A stretch of DNA of 28,661 bases from Archangium sp. (GCA_031367385.1 JANLPS010000449.1:1-28661); one strand, 5' to 3'. Counted from the first letter of the stretch, positions 15,257 to 24,412 are shown. Made by a program: numbers and translations. The notes: generated by a model from the sequence alone, not told the origin.

Positions 15257-16593
15257 AGCGCGCGCCGCTGCGGCCCTTCGTCTTGCCCCCGCATCGTCGA
15301 CACACCTTGCCCAATGGGCTCACCGTGCACGTGATGACGCGCAGTGAGTTGCCCCTGGTCGGTGCGAAGATGATCATTCGGGCCGGTGATGTTGGCGACA
15401 GCCCAGGGCACCTCGGCGTGGCCGATTTCGCGGCCCGGTTGATGCGTCGAGGCGCCGCGGGCAAGAACGCCGACACCCTGAACGAAGAGATCGAGTTTCT
15501 CGGAGCCACCCTCAGTGGCTACGCCGAAGAAGAGCACACGACGCTCTCGGTCGGCTCGGCCACCAAACACCTGCCCGCGATGCTCGACCTGTTGTCGCAG
15601 GTGCTGCTGCGGCCCGATTTTCCCGACAAAGAAATCGAGCTCGCCCGCCGGCGATCACTCGCGCAATTGGTCAATGAATTCGATGACCCCGGTGCGTTGG
15701 CCGATCGCGCGATCAGCCGTGCGGTCTGGGGCCAGCACCCCTACGGCCACGAGATGCACAGTGGCCGCGCCGACCTCGAGGCGATCACCCGCGGCGACTT
15801 GGTTCGATTTCACCGCGAACGCCTGGGCCCGAAGATCGCGCACCTGTTCATCGTGGGCGATGCCGAATTCGATCGCACCGTGCCGATGATCGAGAAGCTC
15901 TTCGGTGGGTGGCAGGGTGGGCCCACCTCGAACCCCGTCGTGCCCGAATGGCAGGGCATGACCCGCGCCGGCGAGGTGATCATCGTCGACAAGCCTGATC
16001 AGACCCAGGTTCAGCTCCGCATCGGCGCCAAAGGCACCCGGCGTGGCCACGCCGACCTGTACCCGGTCACGGTGATGAACAGCGTGCTCGGTGGCGGGTT
16101 CACCTCGCGGTTGATCAACGAGATTCGCGTCAAGCGCGGCCTCTCGTACGGGGCCAGCAGCACCTTCGAAAACCTCGGGGTCGCCGGCATGTTCGACATC
16201 TCGAGCTTCACCAAGACCGAGAACGTCAACGCGCTCATCGACGTCGCGCTCGGCGAGGTGGCGAAGCTCAAGAAGAAGGGTGCCAGCCCCAAAGAGGTCG
16301 ACACCGTCAAGCGCTACATCATTGGCGTTTTCCCCTCGAGGCTCGAGACCAACGAGTCGATCGCCGGAGTGCTCAGCGACATCGAGAGCTACGGCCTCAA
16401 CGCAACGTGGATCGAGGACTACCGCGGCAACATCGACGCGGTCACCACCGCACAGGTCAACCAAGCCGCCGAGAAGTACCTCTTCGAGAAGAGCGGCAAG
16501 GTGATGGTGCTGGTGGGCAACGCCGCGCAGCTCGAGAAGCGCGTCAGCGCGTACGGCCAGGTCTCGGTGATCAAACCCAAAGACCTGGAGTAA
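15253..16593 (+). CDS. M16 family peptidase, non-catalytic partner subunit
   Basis: LPNGL, HPYG and VLGGGFTSRLINEIRVKRGLSY (R/Y pair); HXXEH is replaced by DFAAR. GTGA overlap with the catalytic subunit. Confidence 0.92.
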   Translation: MKRAPLRPFVLPPHRRHTLPNGLTVHVMTRSELPLVGAKMIIRAGDVGDSPGHLGVADFAARLMRRGAAGKNADTLNEEIEFLGATLSGYAEEEHTTLSVGSATKHLPAMLDLLSQVLLRPDFPDKEIELARRRSLAQLVNEFDDPGALADRAISRAVWGQHPYGHEMHSGRADLEAITRGDLVRFHRERLGPKIAHLFIVGDAEFDRTVPMIEKLFGGWQGGPTSNPVVPEWQGMTRAGEVIIVDKPDQTQVQLRIGAKGTRRGHADLYPVTVMNSVLGGGFTSRLINEIRVKRGLSYGASSTFENLGVAGMFDISSFTKTENVNALIDVALGEVAKLKKKGASPKEVDTVKRYIIGVFPSRLETNESIAGVLSDIESYGLNATWIEDYRGNIDAVTTAQVNQAAEKYLFEKSGKVMVLVGNAAQLEKRVSAYGQVSVIKPKDLE

Positions 16594-16610
16594 CCCGAAG
16601 TTCGAAAAGC

Positions 16611-17156
16611 TTACGGGCTCGACGGCTTGGCGTCAGGCGCGGGTGGCTTGTCGGCCGTGCCCATCACCACGCTGCCCGGCTTGGCGTGCGTGTAAGAGGC
16701 TTGGGTCTCGGCGCCTGACTTGCCGTGAATCAGGGTTTTGTCGAACGCCTTGAACGCCACTTCGACCTTGTCGAACCGAACCGCCGACACCAGGCCGAGG
16801 CCGAAGGTCGGGTGGTCGATGACGTCGTCAACCTTGTAGGTGTCTCGCGTCGAGTACTTGCGGGCGCGCGCCACGTCTTTGCCAGCGAGGCGCTCTTCCC
16901 ACGTGACTACGACCTTGCTGCTCTTGCTGGCGCGCGGCTTGGCGGCCTTCTTCACCTTGCCGGCGACCAGGGGCTGAACCCCTTTGTACGCATGCACGGT
17001 GTGGCAGGTGTTGCACTCGACCTTCACTACTTTCGGGCCGACCATCGCGATGATGGTGTGCGCGAGATTGAGCTCGCACTTGTTGCAGGCGGCGTCGATT
17101 TCACCACCGACGATGATCGATGGAGGAGGAATGGTCGCAGTCGTTTCGGTCGTCAT
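16611..17156 (-). CDS. Hypothetical protein: N-terminal Zn-binding module plus C-terminal Tudor-like domain
   Basis: CNKC...H...CNTCHTVH, a Lys-rich linker, then YKVDDVIDHPTFGLGLV...VEVAF. Confidence 0.8.
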   Translation of the reverse strand: MTTETTATIPPPSIIVGGEIDAACNKCELNLAHTIIAMVGPKVVKVECNTCHTVHAYKGVQPLVAGKVKKAAKPRASKSSKVVVTWEERLAGKDVARARKYSTRDTYKVDDVIDHPTFGLGLVSAVRFDKVEVAFKAFDKTLIHGKSGAETQASYTHAKPGSVVMGTADKPPAPDAKPSSP

Positions 17157-17336
17157 GGGCAAATGGAACGTTTCGTGAAGAGGGGGAAATGACGCGTAAT
17201 CCTTCGACAGCCGCAGAACAAGCCCTCGTTCACGATCACCCTCTGTAGGAGCACCACTCGATTGACTCTACCCGTCACCACCAGTACTCCACCCAAAGCG
17301 CGGGCGGGCAGCCGCTCGACGCGGTCTGAGCACCAC

Positions 17337-18506
17337 ATGCGCGAGCCACAGCCTTTTGCCGTGACCAGACGCCGGGCGCTCGACCACCTCATTCGGCCGA
17401 CCCGAGCTGAGATCTCAGCGACCGCCCTGCGTGCCAACTTGAGCCTCGCCAAGGGCCTGGCCGGCACCTCGGGCGTGATGGCCGTCGTCAAAGCCAATGC
17501 CTATGGCCACGGAGCCGTTCAGGTCGCCCGCGTGCTCGAAGCCGAAGGGGTCGATCTGCTCGGGGTGGCGCTGGTCGAAGAGGGGCTCGAGCTTCGAAAT
17601 GCGGGCGTGAAGGCCCCGATCTTGGTGATGGGGGGCTCGTACGAAGGCGCCTGGGAGCTGATGGTCGAGCACGACCTGACGCCGATGCTCTTTCGCTTCG
17701 AGCACCTCGATGGCCTGATTCGAGCCGCCACCAAAGTCGGGCACCGGGCCAAGGCGCACTTGAAGCTCGACACCGGCATGTCTCGCCTGGGCATTCAGCG
17801 CAGCGAATTGCCCAGCTATCTCGCGGCGTTGCGAGCGGCTCAGACGCACGTCGAGCTCGATGGGTTTCTGACCCACTTCGCCAACGCCGACCTCGAGGGC
17901 GATTCGGTGACCGTCGAGCAGATGCGGCGCTTCGATGAAGGGCTCGAGGTCGTGAGGGCGGCTGGCTTCGAGCCGAAATGGCGCCACATCTCGAATACGG
18001 CCGGCGTGCTGTCGATGCCGCCGAGCAACACCGTGAACCTCGTGCGACCCGGCATCATGCTCTACGGAGTGGCCCCCGACTCGTGGCTGCGCTCCAAGGC
18101 CCCGCTGCAACCGGTGCTGACGTGGAAGACGGGCGTGATTCACTTGAAGGCGCTCGAAGCGGGCACTCCGGTCTCGTACGGAGGCACGTGGTCGGCCACG
18201 CGAAGGTCGCTCATCGCCACGTTGCCAGTCGGGTACGCCGACGGGTTTGGCCGCATCTTCTCGAACCGCGGGCAGGTGTTGGTGCGAGGCCAGCGGGCTC
18301 CGGTCATCGGCCGCGTGACGATGGACATGGCGATGATCGACGTCACCGACGTGCCCGGGGTCACGGTCAATGACGAGGTGGTGCTGCTCGGGGCGCAGGG
18401 CACGGCCCGAATCGACGCCGATGAGCTCGCACGGCTCTCCGACACCATCCCCTACGAGGTGCTGTGCAGCGTGGGGGCGCGTGTGCCGCGGGTGCTGGCG
18501 CCCTGA
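17337..18506 (+). CDS. alr: Alanine racemase
   Basis: AVVKANAYGHG (PLP lysine), HLKLDTGMSRLG, THFA, VRPGIMLYG, VSYG, GYADG, GRVTMD and TIPYE. The start is uncertain (17262, 17337 or 17361). Confidence 0.97.
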   Translation: MREPQPFAVTRRRALDHLIRPTRAEISATALRANLSLAKGLAGTSGVMAVVKANAYGHGAVQVARVLEAEGVDLLGVALVEEGLELRNAGVKAPILVMGGSYEGAWELMVEHDLTPMLFRFEHLDGLIRAATKVGHRAKAHLKLDTGMSRLGIQRSELPSYLAALRAAQTHVELDGFLTHFANADLEGDSVTVEQMRRFDEGLEVVRAAGFEPKWRHISNTAGVLSMPPSNTVNLVRPGIMLYGVAPDSWLRSKAPLQPVLTWKTGVIHLKALEAGTPVSYGGTWSATRRSLIATLPVGYADGFGRIFSNRGQVLVRGQRAPVIGRVTMDMAMIDVTDVPGVTVNDEVVLLGAQGTARIDADELARLSDTIPYEVLCSVGARVPRVLAP

Positions 18507-18507
18507 G

Positions 18508-18633
18508 CTAAATGGGGCCGAAGGTGGTCACCTCAATCGTGAAGATCCCGTAGGCGCCGTCGGAGCCAGTGACGAAGACGTCGACGGTGAGCAAGACGAA
18601 ATTGAAGGTGCCGACCACCAGAGAAGTGCGCAT
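18508..18633 (-). CDS. Possible 41-aa small protein or gene fragment
   Basis: MRTSLVVGTFNFVLLTVDVFVTGSDGAYGIFTIEVTTFGPI. 34 of 40 post-start codons end in G/C, and the ORF sits in the alr-mlaE gap without overlapping either gene. Confidence 0.4.
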   Translation of the reverse strand: MRTSLVVGTFNFVLLTVDVFVTGSDGAYGIFTIEVTTFGPI

Positions 18634-18758
18634 GGCCCGGCGCCCAGCAAAAGCAAGACCAGTTGGCGGTCCCTCGGCCGTGCGAATGGGCGAAATGCGC
18701 GAATGCGACAACTCGGTCAGGGTGAAACGGCGATGGTGCGGTAAGGTCGGCGCGCGAA

Positions 18759-19583
18759 ATGTCTTCTGAGATCACCAAGCTCAATCCGCCACCGCCGAAG
18801 CCTCCAGGCCCGCTGTACTCGGCCGTCGAATCGCTGGGCAGCATTCTGGTGAACGTGATCGAAGACATCGGAGGGCTCTCGCAGCTCTTCGTGCAGGTCG
18901 CGAAGCTGACGGTGCGGCCTCCGTATCGCATCATGAATTTGTTTCTGCAGCTCGACTTCGTTGGCGTCGGCTCGATCTTCATCGTCGCGTTGAACGGCGT
19001 CTTCTCGGGCATGGTTTTCGCGCAGCAGAGCGCCCGAGCGTTCGAGATGTTCAACGCCGAATCACTCGTCGGCCCGACGGTCGCCCTCACCATCACCCGC
19101 GAGCTCGCGCCGGTGTTCACCGCGTTGATGGTGACCATGCGCGCCGGCAGCGCGATGTGCACCGAGCTTGGCACCATGCGCGTGACCGAGCAGATCGACG
19201 CGCTCGAGACGATGGCGGTCAACCCGATTCAGTACCTGCTCGTGCCGCGCGTGCTCGCCGGGCTGATCATGGTGCCGTTGCTCACCCTGGTGTTCGACTT
19301 GACGGGTCTGCTCGGCGGCTACTTCGTGTCGGTGGTGGTCAAGGGGCTGTCTGCCGGCTCGTTCATCACCCGCACCCAGCAGTGGCTCGACCCTGAAGAC
19401 ATCGCCGAGGGCTTGATCAAAGGCGCCGTCTTCGGCTTGTTCGTCGCGCTGGTCGCCTGTTTCAAGGGCTACTACGCGCATGGCGGCGCCAAGGGTGTTG
19501 GTCAGGCCACCACGCAGGCGATGGTGCTCTCGGCGCTCGGTATTTTCATGCTCGACTACTTCGTGGGCGTCATCCTCCACTAA
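18759..19583 (+). CDS. mlaE: MlaE family ABC transporter permease
   Basis: RELAPVFTALMVTMRAGS, ELGTMRVTEQIDALETMAVNP, PRVLA and GGAKGVGQATT. Confidence 0.95.
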   Translation: MSSEITKLNPPPPKPPGPLYSAVESLGSILVNVIEDIGGLSQLFVQVAKLTVRPPYRIMNLFLQLDFVGVGSIFIVALNGVFSGMVFAQQSARAFEMFNAESLVGPTVALTITRELAPVFTALMVTMRAGSAMCTELGTMRVTEQIDALETMAVNPIQYLLVPRVLAGLIMVPLLTLVFDLTGLLGGYFVSVVVKGLSAGSFITRTQQWLDPEDIAEGLIKGAVFGLFVALVACFKGYYAHGGAKGVGQATTQAMVLSALGIFMLDYFVGVILH

Positions 19584-19586
19584 CTC

Positions 19587-20363
19587 ATGGCGACGACTCC
19601 CGAACCGGCCTCCGATGATCGGCCGATCATTGAAATCATCGACCTGCACAAGTCATTCGGCTCGGCCGAAGTGCTCAGCGGCATCAACCTGACCGTGCCG
19701 CCGGGCAGCACCCTGGTGATCTTGGGCGGGTCTGGCAGCGGCAAGACGGTGCTGATGAAGCACATGATCGGCCTGCTCAAGCCCAACTCGGGGCAGGTGA
19801 TCGTCGACGGTGAAGACATCGTGCCTTTCGGTGCCGACGAGCTCGAGCGGGTACGTCAGAAGTTCGGCATGGTGTTTCAGGCCGCTGCGTTGTTCGACTC
19901 GATGACGGTGTACGAGAACGTCTCGTTTCCACTCCGCGAGCACAGCAAGCACGTGAAAGAAGACCAGATTCGCGAGATCGTTCGGCAGAAGCTGGGCATC
20001 GTCGGCTTGAAAAATGTCGAAGAAAAATACCCGTCAGACCTCTCGGGCGGCATGCGCAAGCGCGTCGGCCTGGCCCGCGCGATCATTCTCGACCCGAAGA
20101 TCGTGCTCTACGACGAGCCGACCACCGGCCTCGACCCGATCACCACCGACTACGTCGATGAGATGATTCTCGACGCCAAGAAACAACTGGGAGTGACCTC
20201 GGTGGTGATCAGCCACGACATTGCCAGCGCGTTCAAGGTCGCCGACAACATCGCGTTCTTGTACCAGGGGCTGATCGTCGATCAGGGCGCGCCCGAGAAG
20301 CTGCGGCACTCGCAACACCCGCAGGTCAAAGTGTTTCTTCAGACCTGGTTTGGGAAGAACTGA
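19587..20363 (+). CDS. mlaF: MlaF family ABC transporter ATPase
   Basis: Walker A GGSGSGKT, GMVFQAAALFDSMTV, signature LSGGMRKR, LYDEPTTGLDP and SHD. Confidence 0.95.
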   Translation: MATTPEPASDDRPIIEIIDLHKSFGSAEVLSGINLTVPPGSTLVILGGSGSGKTVLMKHMIGLLKPNSGQVIVDGEDIVPFGADELERVRQKFGMVFQAAALFDSMTVYENVSFPLREHSKHVKEDQIREIVRQKLGIVGLKNVEEKYPSDLSGGMRKRVGLARAIILDPKIVLYDEPTTGLDPITTDYVDEMILDAKKQLGVTSVVISHDIASAFKVADNIAFLYQGLIVDQGAPEKLRHSQHPQVKVFLQTWFGKN

Positions 20364-20402
20364 CGTGACTCCCTCGCTAGGGCAAGTAGGGTCGGCCTCA
20401 CT

Positions 20403-21956
20403 GTGAAGAAGCTTTTGACGCCCTTCCGCGTGGGCCTGCTGGTCATCGTGGCGGCCGCGATTCTCTTCACGTTTCTCACCTTCGTGAAGAAGGGGGGCAT
20501 GAAAGAGAACGAGTCGGTCACCGTGTTCGCGATGTTTCGTGACGCCTCGGGCCTCGGCAAGAAGTCTCGCGTGCAGATCGCCGGTATCGCCGTCGGAGAA
20601 GTCGGTGAAATCACCCTGGTCGGCACCAAGGCCAAGGTCAGCATGCGCATCAAGAAAGAGGTCGGGCTGCGCACCGACGCGACGCTGACCAAGCGCAGTG
20701 AGTCGCTGCTCGGCGACTACATGCTCGACTTGACCCCCGGCACCGACGAGGCGCCGCTGATTGAAAACGGCGGCGAGGTCACCCGGGTCATCGACGCCCA
20801 GGGCATGGAGCAGATCTTCAACTCGCTCAGCAGCATCACCGCCGACATCAAAGCGGTGACCGGCGCGCTGCGCACCGTGCTCGGAGGCGACAAGGGCGCG
20901 GGCTCGTTGGCGTCGATCGTCGACAACCTGGTGCGCATCACCGCCGCCGTCGACACCACCGTTCGGCAGAGCACCGATCGCCTTGATCAGATTCTGCGAA
21001 ACGTCGAGGCCGTGTCGGGCGATGTGCGCAAGCTCACCTCGGGCCAGACGCAGTCGATTCAAGACATCGTGGCCAACATCGACGCGATCTCGAAAGACGT
21101 GCGCGAGGTCATTGGTACCGTGAAGCGCGTCGTCGGCGAGAACGAGGGCGACGTCGCCGGCAGCGTCACCAGCGTCAAAGAGACGCTCGCCAAGCTCGAT
21201 CGCTCGTTGGCCAACGTCGAGGCGGTCACCCAGGGCGTTCGCGAAGGCAAGGGCGCGCTCGGGGCCCTCGTCGCCAATGACCGGCTCGGTCAGAAGATCA
21301 GCGACGCGGTCGATGACGTCACCGACCTGGCCGGCAAGATCACCGGCGTCGAGCTCGAGGTCGGCATTCGCAGCGAATACCAATTCAACGCGGTCGCGGC
21401 GAAGAACACCTTGTCGCTGCGGCTCACGCCCAAGCCCGACAAGTACTACCTGATCGAGGCCATCGACGACCCGCGTGGCTCGGTCGAGACGATTTACATT
21501 CAGCAGAACCCGCCGACGGCCGGGTCTCCGGCGGTGCAGAAGCAGACGGTCACCAAAGAGTCGCTCAAGTTCAGCGCCCAGTTCGCCAAACGCTTCTCGT
21601 TCTTGACCTTGCGCTTCGGCATCATCGAGTCGACCGGCGGCCTCGGCCTCGACTTCAACGTGCCGATCAAATTCTTCTATTATTCGCGGTGGCTCGAAGA
21701 CGCGTTGGTGTTCAAGGTCGACGCGTTCAACTTCTCGATTCAGGCGCTCACCTACCCACGCATTCGCGCGGGCCTGCGCTTCACGCCAATCGAGCACGTG
21801 TACGTCACCGTCGGCGGAGACGACTTGCTCAACGCCCCCAACCGCGACGTGCTCACCAACCGGTTGGTCAGCGGCCGCGACTTCTACTTCGGCGCGGGCA
21901 TCTACTTCACCGACAGCGATCTCAAGTCGATCTTGCCGCTCGTGCCCAAACCGTAA
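20403..21956 (+). CDS. mlaD: Elongated MlaD/MCE protein (TM, MCE, long helical region, C-terminal beta-rich domain)
   Basis: N-terminal TM and MCE motifs FRDASGL...VQIAGIAVGEV...SLLGDYMLDLTPG. About 180 aa of heptad helix follow, then amphipathic strands ending DFYFGAGIYFTDSDLK. Confidence 0.9.
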   Translation: MKKLLTPFRVGLLVIVAAAILFTFLTFVKKGGMKENESVTVFAMFRDASGLGKKSRVQIAGIAVGEVGEITLVGTKAKVSMRIKKEVGLRTDATLTKRSESLLGDYMLDLTPGTDEAPLIENGGEVTRVIDAQGMEQIFNSLSSITADIKAVTGALRTVLGGDKGAGSLASIVDNLVRITAAVDTTVRQSTDRLDQILRNVEAVSGDVRKLTSGQTQSIQDIVANIDAISKDVREVIGTVKRVVGENEGDVAGSVTSVKETLAKLDRSLANVEAVTQGVREGKGALGALVANDRLGQKISDAVDDVTDLAGKITGVELEVGIRSEYQFNAVAAKNTLSLRLTPKPDKYYLIEAIDDPRGSVETIYIQQNPPTAGSPAVQKQTVTKESLKFSAQFAKRFSFLTLRFGIIESTGGLGLDFNVPIKFFYYSRWLEDALVFKVDAFNFSIQALTYPRIRAGLRFTPIEHVYVTVGGDDLLNAPNRDVLTNRLVSGRDFYFGAGIYFTDSDLKSILPLVPKP

Positions 21957-21969
21957 AGTGACTTGAACA

Positions 21970-22629
21970 ATGGAACCTCTCGAAGCCCTGATTGATCGGG
22001 TCGACCCCGCGTGGCCCATCGTCGAGCGGTGGCTCTCGACCGGGGTCTCTGACGTGGTGCTGATCGAGCGTGACGCGGCCTCCAGCGAGGCGGCGTTGTT
22101 GCATCTGCAGGTCTCGACGCACTCGATTCTCGGCGCGCTCGCCTACGAGTGCGGCGGTCTGGTGGTGGGGTCACGGGTGAGGGTGCTCGGCGGTGGCACG
22201 CCAGAGGTCAAAGCCTCCCTCAAGTCGTGGAACGGGCTGCCCAGCGATGTGATGCCGATCACCCGGGGCATGGTGCGCGTCGGGTTCGACGTGTTCGGCG
22301 GCGTCTTTGCGCTCGACGGCGGAGCCCTCGGCACCGGCGACGGGTCGGTGCACTACTTCGCGCCTGATTCACTCTCGTGGGAGCCCCTCGAGCTGGGTCA
22401 CTCCGCGTGGATTCATTGGTTGATGACCGAGCCCGCCAAGCTCGAGAAGTTCTACGAGGCGTACCGGTTGGCCGACGGAGGTGCCCGTTTGCCCGGCCTG
22501 GCGTTCGATCAGGCCCTGGCGCTCACGCCGCCCCCCTGGAGCCCTCAGCAATCGACCTTCGAGTGTCGCCCCGCGCCGGCCCACGAGGTGGTCAAAGAGC
22601 TGCTCGAGGCGGCTGAGAAGAAAAATTGA
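21970..22629 (+). CDS. DUF2625-like protein
   Basis: LQVSTHSILGALAYECGG, RVLGGG, DVFGGVFALDGG and HYFAPDSLSWEPL match my recollection of the DUF2625 pattern. Confidence 0.75.
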   Translation: MEPLEALIDRVDPAWPIVERWLSTGVSDVVLIERDAASSEAALLHLQVSTHSILGALAYECGGLVVGSRVRVLGGGTPEVKASLKSWNGLPSDVMPITRGMVRVGFDVFGGVFALDGGALGTGDGSVHYFAPDSLSWEPLELGHSAWIHWLMTEPAKLEKFYEAYRLADGGARLPGLAFDQALALTPPPWSPQQSTFECRPAPAHEVVKELLEAAEKKN

Positions 22630-23561
22630 GGCTGACGCTCGATCTGAAGACGGCGGTTCAGCTGCTGACCCAGGGTGGCGTGTTCTGGGCCAAGTTCGCG
22701 CACGCAGGCACCGATCTGAACCCAGGTCAGATTCGGTCGTTGCTCGCGAAGCTCGACCTCCACCTGCGCAAGGCGAAGAACCCGCGCAACGCGCCGCTCG
22801 ACGCGGTCACCTACCTGCGCGCGATGATTGACGATTCGAGCGATGCGCGTCTGGAGCAGACCTGGCGTGAGGCGATGGTCGGCCTCGATGGGGTTCAGGC
22901 CTACCAGTACCCGTGGGGCAACAAGAACAAGACCAAGAAGCTGCGTGAGCTCGCGAAAGACGCCCGGGTGCTGCACGCGTTTCAGGCCTCGGCCGTCGCG
23001 TGCGAGAGCATCTCGCGTGACGTGCTGGCGTTGTTGATGATCGACGCGTCAGACGCCTCGGTCGATGCGCTGATGCCACACTTCGAGCGAGCGCTCAAAG
23101 ACCCAGACCGGCTCGAAGCACTCGAAGAAGTTCAACGCCATGAGTCGCCCGCGACCGCGGCACTCTTCTCGCGAGCACGAGGTGAGCTTCAGCAGATTCG
23201 AGCCGCTTCGCCAGTGCTCGAGCTGGGCCGGCAGTTCGGGCTCGCCAAGGGCGATCGCTTCAAGTTGACCGTCGAGCTCCGCGCGACCAAACCGGTGAAG
23301 CGAAACACCTTCGACGTCGCGATGATCTTCTTCGACAGCAACGAGTCGCCAGGCTTCACGCTGCGTCACGGTCAGGTCACGCAGACGCCCACCAGCCACT
23401 CTGCCTGGTGGAACGACGTCACTTCGACCTTGCCGGGCCTGGCGAAATCACTGGCGAAAGTGGCGAAAAAGCAAAACGTCGAGTGGAGTTTCGAGACGGC
23501 CATCACCAAACCGCTCGGCCGCGTGAAGGCCACCGGCTTGTTGGCGTGGCTTCAGCGCTGA
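22626..23561 (+). CDS. Hypothetical protein
   Basis: 311-aa ORF with host-like codon bias. TTGA overlap with the upstream gene. No recognised motif. Confidence 0.75.
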   Translation: MRLTLDLKTAVQLLTQGGVFWAKFAHAGTDLNPGQIRSLLAKLDLHLRKAKNPRNAPLDAVTYLRAMIDDSSDARLEQTWREAMVGLDGVQAYQYPWGNKNKTKKLRELAKDARVLHAFQASAVACESISRDVLALLMIDASDASVDALMPHFERALKDPDRLEALEEVQRHESPATAALFSRARGELQQIRAASPVLELGRQFGLAKGDRFKLTVELRATKPVKRNTFDVAMIFFDSNESPGFTLRHGQVTQTPTSHSAWWNDVTSTLPGLAKSLAKVAKKQNVEWSFETAITKPLGRVKATGLLAWLQR

Positions 23562-23646
23562 CGAATGACCGATGTCGCGATGTGTCGACCCACCTGTCGC
23601 GGAGTGCCCTTGGCGCAATCGACCGGTGCGGCTAGGAAGCACGCCA

Positions 23647-24126
23647 ATGGCTCCGAAAATCTCGAACGAAAACGTCGGGCAGATGCTCACCCGCGCCAAA
23701 GACGACCAGGCGATCACGCAGAAACAGTTCGACGAGCTGCTCGCCGGGCTCGAGCGCAAAGACACCCTTGGCGTGCTCGAGACTGCTTCGAAGATCGAGA
23801 CCGTGCTCACCAACGGCCTCGCCCCCCTGGAGGCCGAGACGGCCAAGGCCCGCAAGGCGTTCAGCGCCTCCTCGTTCGACGCGAAAGCCGACCCGACGCC
23901 CGACAAACTGTTGATCGCTGACGGCCGTGGCGAAGATCTCTCGGCAGCGGCGACCAACTTCTCGACCCAAATGACGAAAATGAGCGACGTGAAGAACATC
24001 GTTCGTGGCCTGCTCGCCGGCATCGACAAGGCGGGGCTCTCACCAGCCGATTCGAGCCGACTCAAAGCCGTCTTTGATGCCGAGCTCGTCAGCATCGCCA
24101 CGCGCATGCGCCTGGGTGGCGAATGA
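23647..24126 (+). CDS. Hypothetical helical protein
   Basis: ATG 23647 is preceded by AGGAAG; high GC3; ATGA overlap with the next gene. Confidence 0.75.
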   Translation: MAPKISNENVGQMLTRAKDDQAITQKQFDELLAGLERKDTLGVLETASKIETVLTNGLAPLEAETAKARKAFSASSFDAKADPTPDKLLIADGRGEDLSAAATNFSTQMTKMSDVKNIVRGLLAGIDKAGLSPADSSRLKAVFDAELVSIATRMRLGGE

Positions 24127-24404
24127 GCGCCGTCTTGAGCGATCAGACCATGGCGCTTGCCCGGGAGTTCACCGTCGCCAAGGGCCGCTTGGTGATGCCC
24201 GATGAAGCCTTCTCGAAGTGGCGCAAGTCGCACGCAACCCTCAGTGCCCCCCAGCGCAAAGAGCGCCGCGTCGAGCTCATCGCCCTGACGCTCACCTTTT
24301 CGCACCTCGGCACTGCCGCGAAGGGTGCGCTTGCGCAGCTGGTCGTGCTGTTGAGCGACCTCGTCGCTGAGCCCAAGCCGACGCGCGCCAAGGCCTGGCG
24401 GTAA
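24123..24404 (+). CDS. Small hypothetical protein
   Basis: 93 aa, translationally coupled by ATGA, with a hydrophobic helical C-terminal half (VELIALTLTF...LAQLVVLLSDLV). Confidence 0.7.
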   Translation: MSAVLSDQTMALAREFTVAKGRLVMPDEAFSKWRKSHATLSAPQRKERRVELIALTLTFSHLGTAAKGALAQLVVLLSDLVAEPKPTRAKAWR

Positions 24405-24412
24405 GCCCAGCT

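Noticed and set aside
17262..17290. TTGACT-N17-TACTCC as a sigma70 promoter for alr
   Set aside because: The -35 and spacing are good but the -10 lacks the conserved final T. Too weak to report as a feature.
20034..22019. 661-aa minus-strand ORF
   Set aside because: Antisense shadow of mlaF/mlaD, typical of high-GC3 genes, with no motifs.
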